From assembly GCA_017303935.1 (NCBI GenBank), contig JAFLBD010000002.1, forward strand, positions 786,784-850,783: a DNA stretch of 64,000 nucleotides. Reading direction: 5' to 3'. Shown here one piece after another: positions 38,002 through 46,159 of this stretch. Every line of letters starts with the position of its first letter. Within the stretch, counting starts at the first letter, position 1. The position numbers and the translations under genes are program-made. The notes under the pieces are model-generated. The model was given only the letters and a program-made list of their open reading frames with translations, made no database searches and had not been told where the DNA came from. This stretch comes from Armatimonadota bacterium. Its GTDB lineage: Bacteria; Armatimonadota; Fimbriimonadia; Fimbriimonadales; Fimbriimonadaceae.

Positions 38002-38652
38002 TTAGACGCCACCTCCCCAGTGGCCGCAAGGGATTACACCTTGTTGTCCCCTCTGCTGCAATGATGTGCGAATCAGTCTGTTCGTCATACGGAATCTCGT
38101 TGTCGAGCGGAGAGCTTGCATCTCTCCGATTTCACGGGCTTGGTCCGAGATGACGGCTTCCGCATTCGCCTTCATGTCCGTCCGGGACAGGTTGTCGAGG
38201 GCACGCTCGGCGATGGAGATCGCTTCGCTGTGGTGCCCGATCATGGACTTCAGGAACATCATGTCAAGCTCACTGCCCGACATGGCTTCCATGTCCATCA
38301 TCATCTTGTCGAGGTACGGATCGTTCGGCGAGGCGGGGATCACGTCGCTGCCAGTGAGCGTTTGTCGCACACTCTTTAGTGCCGTGATCTCTGGACCTTG
38401 AGCATCTTTAATTGCCTGCGCGATTGCGCGTATCTGGGTGTCTGAACCACGATCAAGCACCATCTGCGCCATGTCGATAGCCATCAGGTGGTGCGGCACC
38501 ATTGCGTCGATGTACTGCACGTCGCTCTTGGCGATGAAAGGGACGGTGTACGCGTTTGCTCCCAAACCGAGTCCGCCCCCGCTGCCACCGCAACCGATCA
38601 TTCCGACTCCAAGCACCGTCGCGGCGAGCCCAGCAAGGATCAATCCTTTCAT
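38002..38652 (-). CDS. DUF305 (ferritin-like, copper-resistance associated) lipoprotein
   Basis: Has the lipobox GMIGCGG plus MVPHHLMAIDMA and MIGHHSEAISIA motifs. Confidence 0.7.
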   Translation of the reverse strand: MKGLILAGLAATVLGVGMIGCGGSGGGLGLGANAYTVPFIAKSDVQYIDAMVPHHLMAIDMAQMVLDRGSDTQIRAIAQAIKDAQGPEITALKSVRQTLTGSDVIPASPNDPYLDKMMMDMEAMSGSELDMMFLKSMIGHHSEAISIAERALDNLSRTDMKANAEAVISDQAREIGEMQALRSTTRFRMTNRLIRTSLQQRGQQGVIPCGHWGGGV

Positions 38653-39074
38653 TTCACCACCACCTTGCCGCGGATCATGTCCATGGAGCAGGCGAACTTG
38701 ATTTCGCCAGCGGATTGGGGGGTGAACGTGAATGTCACGGTTCCACCTTCCTTGACGGTTTTCGTTTGCTTGAGCGACTTGAATTCAATCGTCGAGCCGC
38801 AGCCCATGTTTTTGCCGCCCTTAAAGGTCAGAATGACTTTCTTTCCCTTCTTGACTTGAATCGTCGCTGGCGAATACTTGCCATCCTGGACGGTGACAGT
38901 CGCTTTCTGAACGTCTTTTGTTTGCTGAGCTACTTGCGTCTTGGCCGGGCTTGATTCGCCTTGCCCACAACATCCGCCTGAGTGACCCGAGGATTGGAAG
39001 GCGAGGGCTGAAGCCGCCAAAGAGAGAAGGGCGATTGCCGCCATCGTTGTCGAGTTAATGAGTTTGTGTTTCAT
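38649..39074 (-). CDS. secreted cupredoxin-like domain protein
   Basis: 141 aa with a signal peptide and a GGCCG segment. Beta-sandwich pattern with GCGSTIEF and FACSMDM. Confidence 0.6.
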   Translation of the reverse strand: MKHKLINSTTMAAIALLSLAASALAFQSSGHSGGCCGQGESSPAKTQVAQQTKDVQKATVTVQDGKYSPATIQVKKGKKVILTFKGGKNMGCGSTIEFKSLKQTKTVKEGGTVTFTFTPQSAGEIKFACSMDMIRGKVVVK

Positions 39075-39076
39075 GT

Positions 39077-39862
39077 TTAGTTTCCGTAGACCAGTTGGCC
39101 TCCAAAGTGCCCCGCCAGAGCGACCGCGAGAGCGGCCACTAAAAGGAGAGCGAAGTACGTCTTGCTCTGGATTTCGCCCTTGCGTCTCCAGAGGGTTGTT
39201 GAGATCATGAGTGCCGTTGCAGTTGCTGCAAAGAGTGCATGACTAAGTGCTGGGCCCGTCCACTGGTAGCCGCTTCGCAGAAGGGCAGCCACTCCCGTAG
39301 GAATTGCAACAGCCGTGCTGATTGTTCCCAGGAGCAGGCCCCACCATCCGGTCGTTCGCAACCCGCTGTCTTTCTTCCGTGCTCCGATCAAGTCGAACGC
39401 AACTCCAAAGAGAAAGAGTGCTATGGGGAAGTGAATGACAACAGGATGAAGCGAGTGCTTTGGAATAACTTGATCCAAGCCGACACTGATACGGGCATCG
39501 GTTTGGGTCTCCTTTCGTGAACGCGACTCAGCCGGATGGTCGCCTGGATCACCTGGAAGCGTGTCCAAACGAACCTCCTCACCATTCGACCATCCATCCT
39601 GGTCTGAATCGATACTGGCTAAGCGAGTCCAAATCTCGGCGTCTACTCCTGCTCGTTCAGACGACTTGATTGCGCTTCTTACATCTCTGCCAAATGGATT
39701 GTGCAAAGGCACATCCGTATGGCAAGTCATGCATTCAGCTTTGAGCAGTTTGGAACTCGGCTTCAGTTCAGCAACGCGATGCAACCGTTCCATCTCCTCT
39801 GGAGTTGCCACGCTAATGGCAACCCCTAGCACGAGGCAAAGACTCGAAACAATTCGTTTCAT
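39077..39862 (-). CDS. cytochrome c motif protein fused to a DUF2231-like membrane domain
   Basis: Has CMTCH and four C-terminal TM helices. I chose ATG 39862 because it forms an ATGA overlap with the small upstream ORF. Confidence 0.6.
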   Translation of the reverse strand: MKRIVSSLCLVLGVAISVATPEEMERLHRVAELKPSSKLLKAECMTCHTDVPLHNPFGRDVRSAIKSSERAGVDAEIWTRLASIDSDQDGWSNGEEVRLDTLPGDPGDHPAESRSRKETQTDARISVGLDQVIPKHSLHPVVIHFPIALFLFGVAFDLIGARKKDSGLRTTGWWGLLLGTISTAVAIPTGVAALLRSGYQWTGPALSHALFAATATALMISTTLWRRKGEIQSKTYFALLLVAALAVALAGHFGGQLVYGN

Positions 39863-40011
39863 TGACCCGCGCCCTTTTTGGATCGGCATCGTTTAGCCCC
39901 GCAGCCGCAGTTTGGACGTCCAGCCCCGCCGACGTTAAGTCGTCGTAGAATGAGCCAGATGTACGCTGCACCTGCGAGTACCAGTAAGAACACGCTGCCC
40001 CAGTTCGCCAC
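39859..40011 (-). CDS. 50-aa single-TM Cys-rich protein (FeoB-associated Cys-rich membrane protein-like)
   Basis: Below the ORF-track size cut-off. My translation is VANWGSVFLLVLAGAAYIWLILRRLNVGGAGRPNCGCGAKRCRSKKGAGQ. The GTG shares 1 nt with the upstream TAG, and the stop overlaps the downstream ATG. Confidence 0.5.
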   Translation of the reverse strand: MANWGSVFLLVLAGAAYIWLILRRLNVGGAGRPNCGCGAKRCRSKKGAGQ

Positions 40012-41693
40012 TACTTCACCTCGATAGCAAAGCCGAGAGTTCGTACTGAGCCGCGCCAGTCAAACTGGGCGTAGACCTTGTATAGACCGGGTTTGGGAAA
40101 TCGACCAGTGAAGCGCATCACGCCTCGTTTCACGAGTGCTTCGCTCTCCGAATCTTCGGCGGGATGACTGTGGACCACGGTTTGCCCATCTTGATGAAAG
40201 ATCATCATGTGGCCAGCCGCACCAAGCCACTTGACTGTATCCGTTGCGGGAGCACCTGACTTATCATCGAAGAGCTTCACTTCAACGATTGCTTTCTTGC
40301 CGACTTCGATGGGCTCAAGCGTGCCAAGTTCGCCACGAAGTCCGCCATCTTGGGCAGTTCGGGTGAGGGTTAGTTTGGTATCCCAAGTGGGTTTGTCCCC
40401 ATGAACGCTCACCTTGGCGATCAGCACCCTGGAACCTTTTCCGGTTGGAGCGACATCTCCGTAAACCCAGTAGTCGCCACCGGCTGGAAACGTGATGGGA
40501 ATCTCCCATGTTCCGTCTTCTGTCATTTCAGGATGTTCGTGGATGAACCAATTCAGGTCACGACTGGCAATGAGAAGATGGAACAGCTTTTCATGCGCGA
40601 TATCGAAGTCACGTTGAGTAGTGCCAGCTTTGACATCGATCACTCTCATGCGAAGCTTGGTTGGCTGACCCGCCATCGCATGCGTGGGCCAGTCGACTAC
40701 GTCAAGGCGGTAGGGTTGCGGCCTGCTTGCATTGGCAGGACGCTCGTCTTTGACATCCACTAAGAAGCTGATGGTCTTCTTGCCTTCGCCCGGAATATCC
40801 AAGGCTAAGTCAATCTTGTAGTCCCCGCCATGGGGGAAATACAACTCGATTCCGTAATCGCCCGGCACTCCTTCGCGATGAACGTTAGGCTTGGCCTCTG
40901 GCATGCCTTGCATACTCGGCATCGTCATGACGGCGGTGGCTGAGATGCCTCCAACGCCTTTGAATCCCTCTTCGATGGGATCCTTGGAAGTTGTATCGAC
41001 GACCCGAAATTCGACATCAATCTCCTCACCCGCAAACAGGCCATCTTCAGGAACCCGAAGTTCGGCCTCGAATTTCTCGAACTTCACCTTGGTAACCGTG
41101 TCCGCACTCGGGGCTTCAGGAGTTGAAGCTCTTTGCTTCAGCACGGACGGCACTTTCACGTACGCGAGTGCCGCTGCGGTGAGATACTTGCGAGGGTTCT
41201 TTTCAAACGGATCACCACAACCTTCACAGCACATGTACCAACGAACCCCGTCGAAATCGACGTAGTCACTTGCTTTTGCATATGTTGAGACGGCTTCCTT
41301 GCCCACGGGGCAATAAAGTGCCTCATTTTTGGGCACGGCTGAGAATTGGGAAGGAGACTTGGCGAAGGCGGTAGCTGACTCCGCCGACGCGAAATAGTAC
41401 CGAATGCCGTTGTGATCCTTTGTTGAAACAGCCTTGTTCGGTTCAATTCGCTTTCGTGTTACGGGGTCGAAGAAGAACGATCCGATGGTATTTCCAGCTT
41501 TCCTCTGGGTCTCGATAAACTTGTCGGGGGCTTTCGCAAAGTTGCCTTCGCAGCCGGGGCAGCAGAAGCCAAACTGGGCTCCTTGATACTCGACGAATGT
41601 TGTATTTGATGCGACAGCACCGCCCATGACCGGGCACTTGAGTGATTGTGCCTGACCGAGCAGCACCGCCGACAAGGCGATGATGGTAATCAT
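40011..41693 (-). CDS. secreted multi-YHS/TRASH-domain metal-binding protein with Ig-like/FixH-like C-terminal domains
   Basis: 560 aa. Contains CPVMGG...FCCPGCEGNF and CPVGKE...MCCEGCGDPF, and a Met-rich TMPSMQGMPE segment. Confidence 0.65.
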   Translation of the reverse strand: MITIIALSAVLLGQAQSLKCPVMGGAVASNTTFVEYQGAQFGFCCPGCEGNFAKAPDKFIETQRKAGNTIGSFFFDPVTRKRIEPNKAVSTKDHNGIRYYFASAESATAFAKSPSQFSAVPKNEALYCPVGKEAVSTYAKASDYVDFDGVRWYMCCEGCGDPFEKNPRKYLTAAALAYVKVPSVLKQRASTPEAPSADTVTKVKFEKFEAELRVPEDGLFAGEEIDVEFRVVDTTSKDPIEEGFKGVGGISATAVMTMPSMQGMPEAKPNVHREGVPGDYGIELYFPHGGDYKIDLALDIPGEGKKTISFLVDVKDERPANASRPQPYRLDVVDWPTHAMAGQPTKLRMRVIDVKAGTTQRDFDIAHEKLFHLLIASRDLNWFIHEHPEMTEDGTWEIPITFPAGGDYWVYGDVAPTGKGSRVLIAKVSVHGDKPTWDTKLTLTRTAQDGGLRGELGTLEPIEVGKKAIVEVKLFDDKSGAPATDTVKWLGAAGHMMIFHQDGQTVVHSHPAEDSESEALVKRGVMRFTGRFPKPGLYKVYAQFDWRGSVRTLGFAIEVK

Positions 41694-41771
41694 TGGTTTT
41701 CCTGTGTTTCTGAGATGAGACTTGCGTCAAACGACGAACAGCCACGCTGAAATCAAGTTCAGCGGGCTCGA

Positions 41772-42260
41772 CTAAGCAAGTAACACAGGCGGGGCTCGCC
41801 CCAACCAGACGGAATGCGATCTTTGAGCAGGTGGCCCTGAGTCAGTTCCACGTATGCCGGGCTGGCGCAGTGAAGAAAGCTGAGGCGCGAGAGAAATCAG
41901 TTCTGGCGGCAGTAACGCCGCGAAGGGCAGGAAAGAAGATTGCGAGGATGTCGAAGCAATTGCAACTGGTGAACCGCGATTTTCCGACGGAGCCGAAATG
42001 CTGCAATCGCAGGAGCTTTTCTTTGCGGAGAACGACCCGTTTGCTGACGCCGTATGTGAGCCACACGGCTCCGGCCCAAGAGTTGCTTCGATATGACAGC
42101 TCTGGACGCTTGAATCAATAGGTGAGACCTGCGTTCGACAGCACGGCATGTCGCAATCTGAATGCTTCAGGAACATTCCAGCAAGCGCACTGGAGGGCAC
42201 TTGGGCCAGAGCCAGTACCAGAGCAACGACAATTTGAATCAGTGCTCCCTTGCTTCGCAT
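41772..42260 (-). CDS. small secreted Cys-rich protein, paralogue of 21646..22101
   Basis: Has HSDCDMPCC and a GRAPPVLLA tail. Start chosen at MRSKGALIQIV (ATG 42260). Confidence 0.45.
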   Translation of the reverse strand: MRSKGALIQIVVALVLALAQVPSSALAGMFLKHSDCDMPCCRTQVSPIDSSVQSCHIEATLGPEPCGSHTASANGSFSAKKSSCDCSISAPSENRGSPVAIASTSSQSSFLPFAALLPPELISLAPQLSSLRQPGIRGTDSGPPAQRSHSVWLGRAPPVLLA

Positions 42261-42355
42261 ACTCACCAGAACAGAATTTACCCGGAAAAAGTTCCCGCCA
42301 TCAAAATTGGAGCCGCGCACAGATTCCGATTCTGGCGTTCTGAGTCAGATGTATC

Positions 42356-42943
42356 CTAGTGCATTGAGTGATCTACCGCATTCGGTGTCTGCCCGTACTT
42401 GCTCTGAAGCCACGAGGTCAACGTTCTGATCTCGGCTTCTTGATCTCGGATTATGTTCGCGGCCAAGGTGCGAAGCTCGGGTCGCTCCGCAAACGTCGCC
42501 AGCTCTCGGGCCATGAGAACCGCATGCTCGTGGTGTCCAATCATGTCTGCGACGAAGCGTGCTTCAGCATCCTTCGGACTCAAGTTCTGTAGTGGTCGCA
42601 TCATCGCCTTGTATTTCCCATCGTCGCGGTATTCGGCTTCGTACCACTGAGCGTACCAAGTTTTCATCTCCGTAATCTCTGCTTCCTGTGCTCGAATGAT
42701 GTTTGATGCGAGTGTTCTGACATCAGGATCGACTACGACCGAAAGGAGCTCCTCGGAACTCGTGACAGCCTCTTGATGGTGTGGGATCATTCCGTGGATA
42801 AAGTCTCGCTCAGATGCAACAAACTCGGGTTTGGGATTAATCTGACCTTGAGAATCGTCTCGTATTGCCATAGTCCCTCGGTAAGCCAAGAAGACTGCAA
42901 CCAAGACAATGAACGCAAACAGCACCAGGTGACGTGGGTTCAT
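42356..42943 (-). CDS. DUF305 domain protein (second copy)
   Basis: 195 aa with an N-terminal TM/signal segment and MIPHHQEAV and MIGHHEHAV motifs. Confidence 0.7.
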   Translation of the reverse strand: MNPRHLVLFAFIVLVAVFLAYRGTMAIRDDSQGQINPKPEFVASERDFIHGMIPHHQEAVTSSEELLSVVVDPDVRTLASNIIRAQEAEITEMKTWYAQWYEAEYRDDGKYKAMMRPLQNLSPKDAEARFVADMIGHHEHAVLMARELATFAERPELRTLAANIIRDQEAEIRTLTSWLQSKYGQTPNAVDHSMH

Positions 42944-42983
42944 AGGTTTAAGTTAGGATATCTACTTTGCCAAAAGAGTTGTC

Positions 42984-43277
42984 CTAGCCATAAATGATTC
43001 GTTGGACACTTTGGAGCCATTCCAGAATTGGCACGTGAGGTGTCTCGTAGGCTAGGATCGAAAGTCTGCCTTGCAGATCGAAATCATGTCCAATGATTCG
43101 TGCCCAAGATGTCAGATTGATGCAGGTTGCTACCTGGAGTAAGTGATTGACCGGTACAGTGCTCTCGCTAATGTACTGTAGAGCACAATCCGGGCTCGCC
43201 TCGTGGTGAACTTGCACAAGTTCACTTTTAAATGGCAACAGAGCGAAGAGCCCGAAAAGGAGGTAGCGCAACTTCAC
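42984..43277 (-). CDS. hypothetical small secreted protein
   Basis: 97 aa with a signal-like N-terminus in a lower-GC patch. No family recognised. Confidence 0.35.
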   Translation of the reverse strand: MKLRYLLFGLFALLPFKSELVQVHHEASPDCALQYISESTVPVNHLLQVATCINLTSWARIIGHDFDLQGRLSILAYETPHVPILEWLQSVQRIIYG

Positions 43278-43308
43278 TTTTCCAGTCTAACAAATAATCA
43301 CAGAATCA

Positions 43309-43449
43309 TGGCGGCCCCGGAGAGATTCGAACTCCCGACTCACTCCTTAGGACTGACATTTTTTAGGTTCAACGAGGCTGAATGTTTGTCCGTCGTTGAA
43401 CCTAATCGACCGTCGTCTTCCACCGCGTTGGAGAGACCTTGGAGAGACC
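43309..43449 (-). ncRNA. 141-nt tRNA-like element, copy 3
   Basis: Same length and ends as the other copies. The T stem is GGGAG/CTCTC. The internal hairpin carries compensatory changes. Confidence 0.5.
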
Positions 43450-43483
43450 AAGTGGAGCGACAATCCGATTGACTCACCTCGTT

Positions 43484-46159
43484 CTACCACCCCTGCCTTG
43501 CCTTCAGCAATGCAACGTCTTTATCGCTCTTCCTGCGTTCAAGACAGCTAAGTACCGCGTGTTGGGTCTCGGGCGTCCAGTAGATCTTTAGATGCTTCCT
43601 AGTGCGCGTGATAGCAGTGTAGAGGATATTGTGCGTGATGTCTTCTTCGTTTGCCTCGGTAACAACAACTTTCACCGAGTCATACTCAAGACCTTGAGCT
43701 TTATGAATAGAAACAGCATAGGCCACTTGGAACGGAACAACAGCATTGGACATATCATCATCGTCGTCTGTACTGCGAGCCTTGAGTACATCGAACTGGA
43801 CCGACGATCCTCCTAAGTAACGAAGTTCAACACCATCTACATCGAGCTCTGTAACGGCTCGATCCAACTCGACCTCAAATTGAATTCGATCACCGAATGC
43901 TTGAACACCGGTGATGCGGCCCTTAAGGTTGTTGTAGATAAGCGGTTTGAACCTTGTGCTCTCGTTGAAGAGGACAGGGTCCCCAACCTTATAAGTCGCA
44001 ACACCCCAACTCACAGATTTGCCAGCATTACTACTTTGCAAAAACCGATTAATATTATTGATCCCGTATAGACCATCGTAGTTAAGGCAAAGTGTGATCT
44101 CATCTTGATCTTTTGATGTAAACAGCGACTCGTCAAGTACCGTAGAATACTGGTTATGCGCGATGGACTCTTCAATACCGTCCTCTAAATTGCGAACCTT
44201 GCTCCAGAATCCGAGAAGCGCCTCACTATCTGTTCGAAAAGGCCTCGTCAACTCGAACACAGATTCTCTTGGTAAGAAGTGGCGTATGATACTGAACCAG
44301 TTACCGAATTGAATCGCTTCAATCTGAAACACGTCGCCTACGAGCACGAGGAGCTTAAATGAAGTATTTTCTAACACCTTTAAAAGGTCAGCGTTACTGA
44401 CAGTGCTGCATTCATCTATTATCAAAATGTCGTACGCCTCACTCTTCGATTTTTGACTACTGACCGTTCGGAACCAAGTGTTTTGGGCAACGACCTTTCG
44501 CTTCAGGTTATCAACGGCGGGATTAGTGTGTGCCAGCAAGAGCTTCGTCCTGTCATTCAGATAGTTCGCGATGTAGTTAACCATCGTTGATTTACCTGTT
44601 CCTGCAGCGCCGTAAACTAGGGCGACACGAGACTTCTCAAAAAGTGACTTGAGTGCCGCCTTTTTTGCCACATCGTCAACAATTAGTGGTGTCTCGTCTA
44701 ACCATCTATCAACTGCATCACCGTGTCCCCCAATGCCAGATCCAGCAAACTCTTGGAGCTTCCTTATAATGGACACTGTTCCCTCTTCGTACTCGCGAAT
44801 GAACACATGCCCTTTGTCCATTATCATGAACCGATTCCCATGCCCCTTATATAACTTCCCGTTATAGGTAGCAATCAGTTGGTCAACTTCGCCAAACGAC
44901 TCCAGTTCTGCAACAGGCGTGTAGAGAAGGCCATGCCTTTCAACGTTATTCTTCACACGCCGGACCAATAGTTCGTGAGTCCTCCCCGTAGCGTCAATGG
45001 AGGCGAAAAGATCAGAGAACCTGGGATTATGTTGCCGGAGAGATGTGCAGAACGGCATTTCATCAAACGGCTTGCACCCAGAAGACAGCTTCAAATTCGA
45101 GAGAAATCCACACTCTGCGGCTTCAGACTGAAGCTTAATTATTCGATTGTTCATCTGAAGTAGCAGGTATCGCAACACATTTGTTCCAGGAAGATGTTTG
45201 CGGATGATTTTCCGAGCTCGCTCCAGGGCAGGAAAGATGACTTGCTTCTGAGTCCCATTCAGAATCCGATCACGGAGTTCTAGGTATTGCGTGTCTGAGA
45301 TATCCATTAAGTTCAGTAGGCTGCCCTCGGTTGCCGTAAGATATTGCATCAGGGAGCGATACTCCTTATCTCCTGAACCTACATTGATGTCTTGACCTAA
45401 AATCTTGGCAAAGTTGATCAACTCACAAGGACGGATTGAAACTTCCCATTTCTGAATAATCCAAATGGGCATCGTGAACCCCAAGACTTCGATAGACTCC
45501 TGGACGAGCGTTAGGTTTGCGGAGTACTGCTCAGTGATGTCGATTGAAGTAAAGGCAATGAGTCGGTCAAATTTGCTCGTGTTGTTGACCGCTGCGGTGA
45601 AGGTGACCTCGTAGAAAATGCGTCCGTTTATGAAGAATGGACGGACTTTATGTATATAGTAGCGATCGTGTCTGGCATCCGGTTTGGCAGGTCCAACGAA
45701 ATCGATGCGCTCAGCGATTTTGCGGTGATATTCATGTAGTGAAGGGTCAAGGTCTACTGGGAAAGATTCAAGATTGTGCAGAATCTCAAACCCAAAGACT
45801 TCTCTCGTCAGCGTGCGGATTCTTAACAAATACTCGAAATATTTGAGCATTAACCGCTCCGATGGGTCTCCTTCAAGGGTGTAATGAGAGGAACTCATCT
45901 GTAACAGCCTGTGGAATCTGTGAAGGAAGTTGATCTGCTTCTTTCCGGATCCGACCCAGTCCATAGCCGGCCCCACGAGCGCATATTCAAACTCATGGTT
46001 GCCATCACGGCGGTGGAGCCGAACAGCGACCGCTTCGACGAGATTTCGTAGCTGGGCAAGAATGTTCTGAGATAGCAATGCCCGGTCAGCAGACAGCTTT
46101 TCGATGTTAGTGCAGATAACCACACTAGCGCTGGCGATTTGATTATCGATAGATGCCAC
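43484..46159 (-). CDS. SF1B (RecD/Dda-like) helicase with a ~480-aa unassigned N-terminal region
   Basis: 891 aa with GAAGTGKST, LIIDECS, LVLVGDVFQ, SIHKAQGLEYDSV and TAITRTRKHL. The GTG start shares 1 nt with the hsdR TAG. Confidence 0.8.
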   Translation of the reverse strand: MASIDNQIASASVVICTNIEKLSADRALLSQNILAQLRNLVEAVAVRLHRRDGNHEFEYALVGPAMDWVGSGKKQINFLHRFHRLLQMSSSHYTLEGDPSERLMLKYFEYLLRIRTLTREVFGFEILHNLESFPVDLDPSLHEYHRKIAERIDFVGPAKPDARHDRYYIHKVRPFFINGRIFYEVTFTAAVNNTSKFDRLIAFTSIDITEQYSANLTLVQESIEVLGFTMPIWIIQKWEVSIRPCELINFAKILGQDINVGSGDKEYRSLMQYLTATEGSLLNLMDISDTQYLELRDRILNGTQKQVIFPALERARKIIRKHLPGTNVLRYLLLQMNNRIIKLQSEAAECGFLSNLKLSSGCKPFDEMPFCTSLRQHNPRFSDLFASIDATGRTHELLVRRVKNNVERHGLLYTPVAELESFGEVDQLIATYNGKLYKGHGNRFMIMDKGHVFIREYEEGTVSIIRKLQEFAGSGIGGHGDAVDRWLDETPLIVDDVAKKAALKSLFEKSRVALVYGAAGTGKSTMVNYIANYLNDRTKLLLAHTNPAVDNLKRKVVAQNTWFRTVSSQKSKSEAYDILIIDECSTVSNADLLKVLENTSFKLLVLVGDVFQIEAIQFGNWFSIIRHFLPRESVFELTRPFRTDSEALLGFWSKVRNLEDGIEESIAHNQYSTVLDESLFTSKDQDEITLCLNYDGLYGINNINRFLQSSNAGKSVSWGVATYKVGDPVLFNESTRFKPLIYNNLKGRITGVQAFGDRIQFEVELDRAVTELDVDGVELRYLGGSSVQFDVLKARSTDDDDDMSNAVVPFQVAYAVSIHKAQGLEYDSVKVVVTEANEEDITHNILYTAITRTRKHLKIYWTPETQHAVLSCLERRKSDKDVALLKARQGW

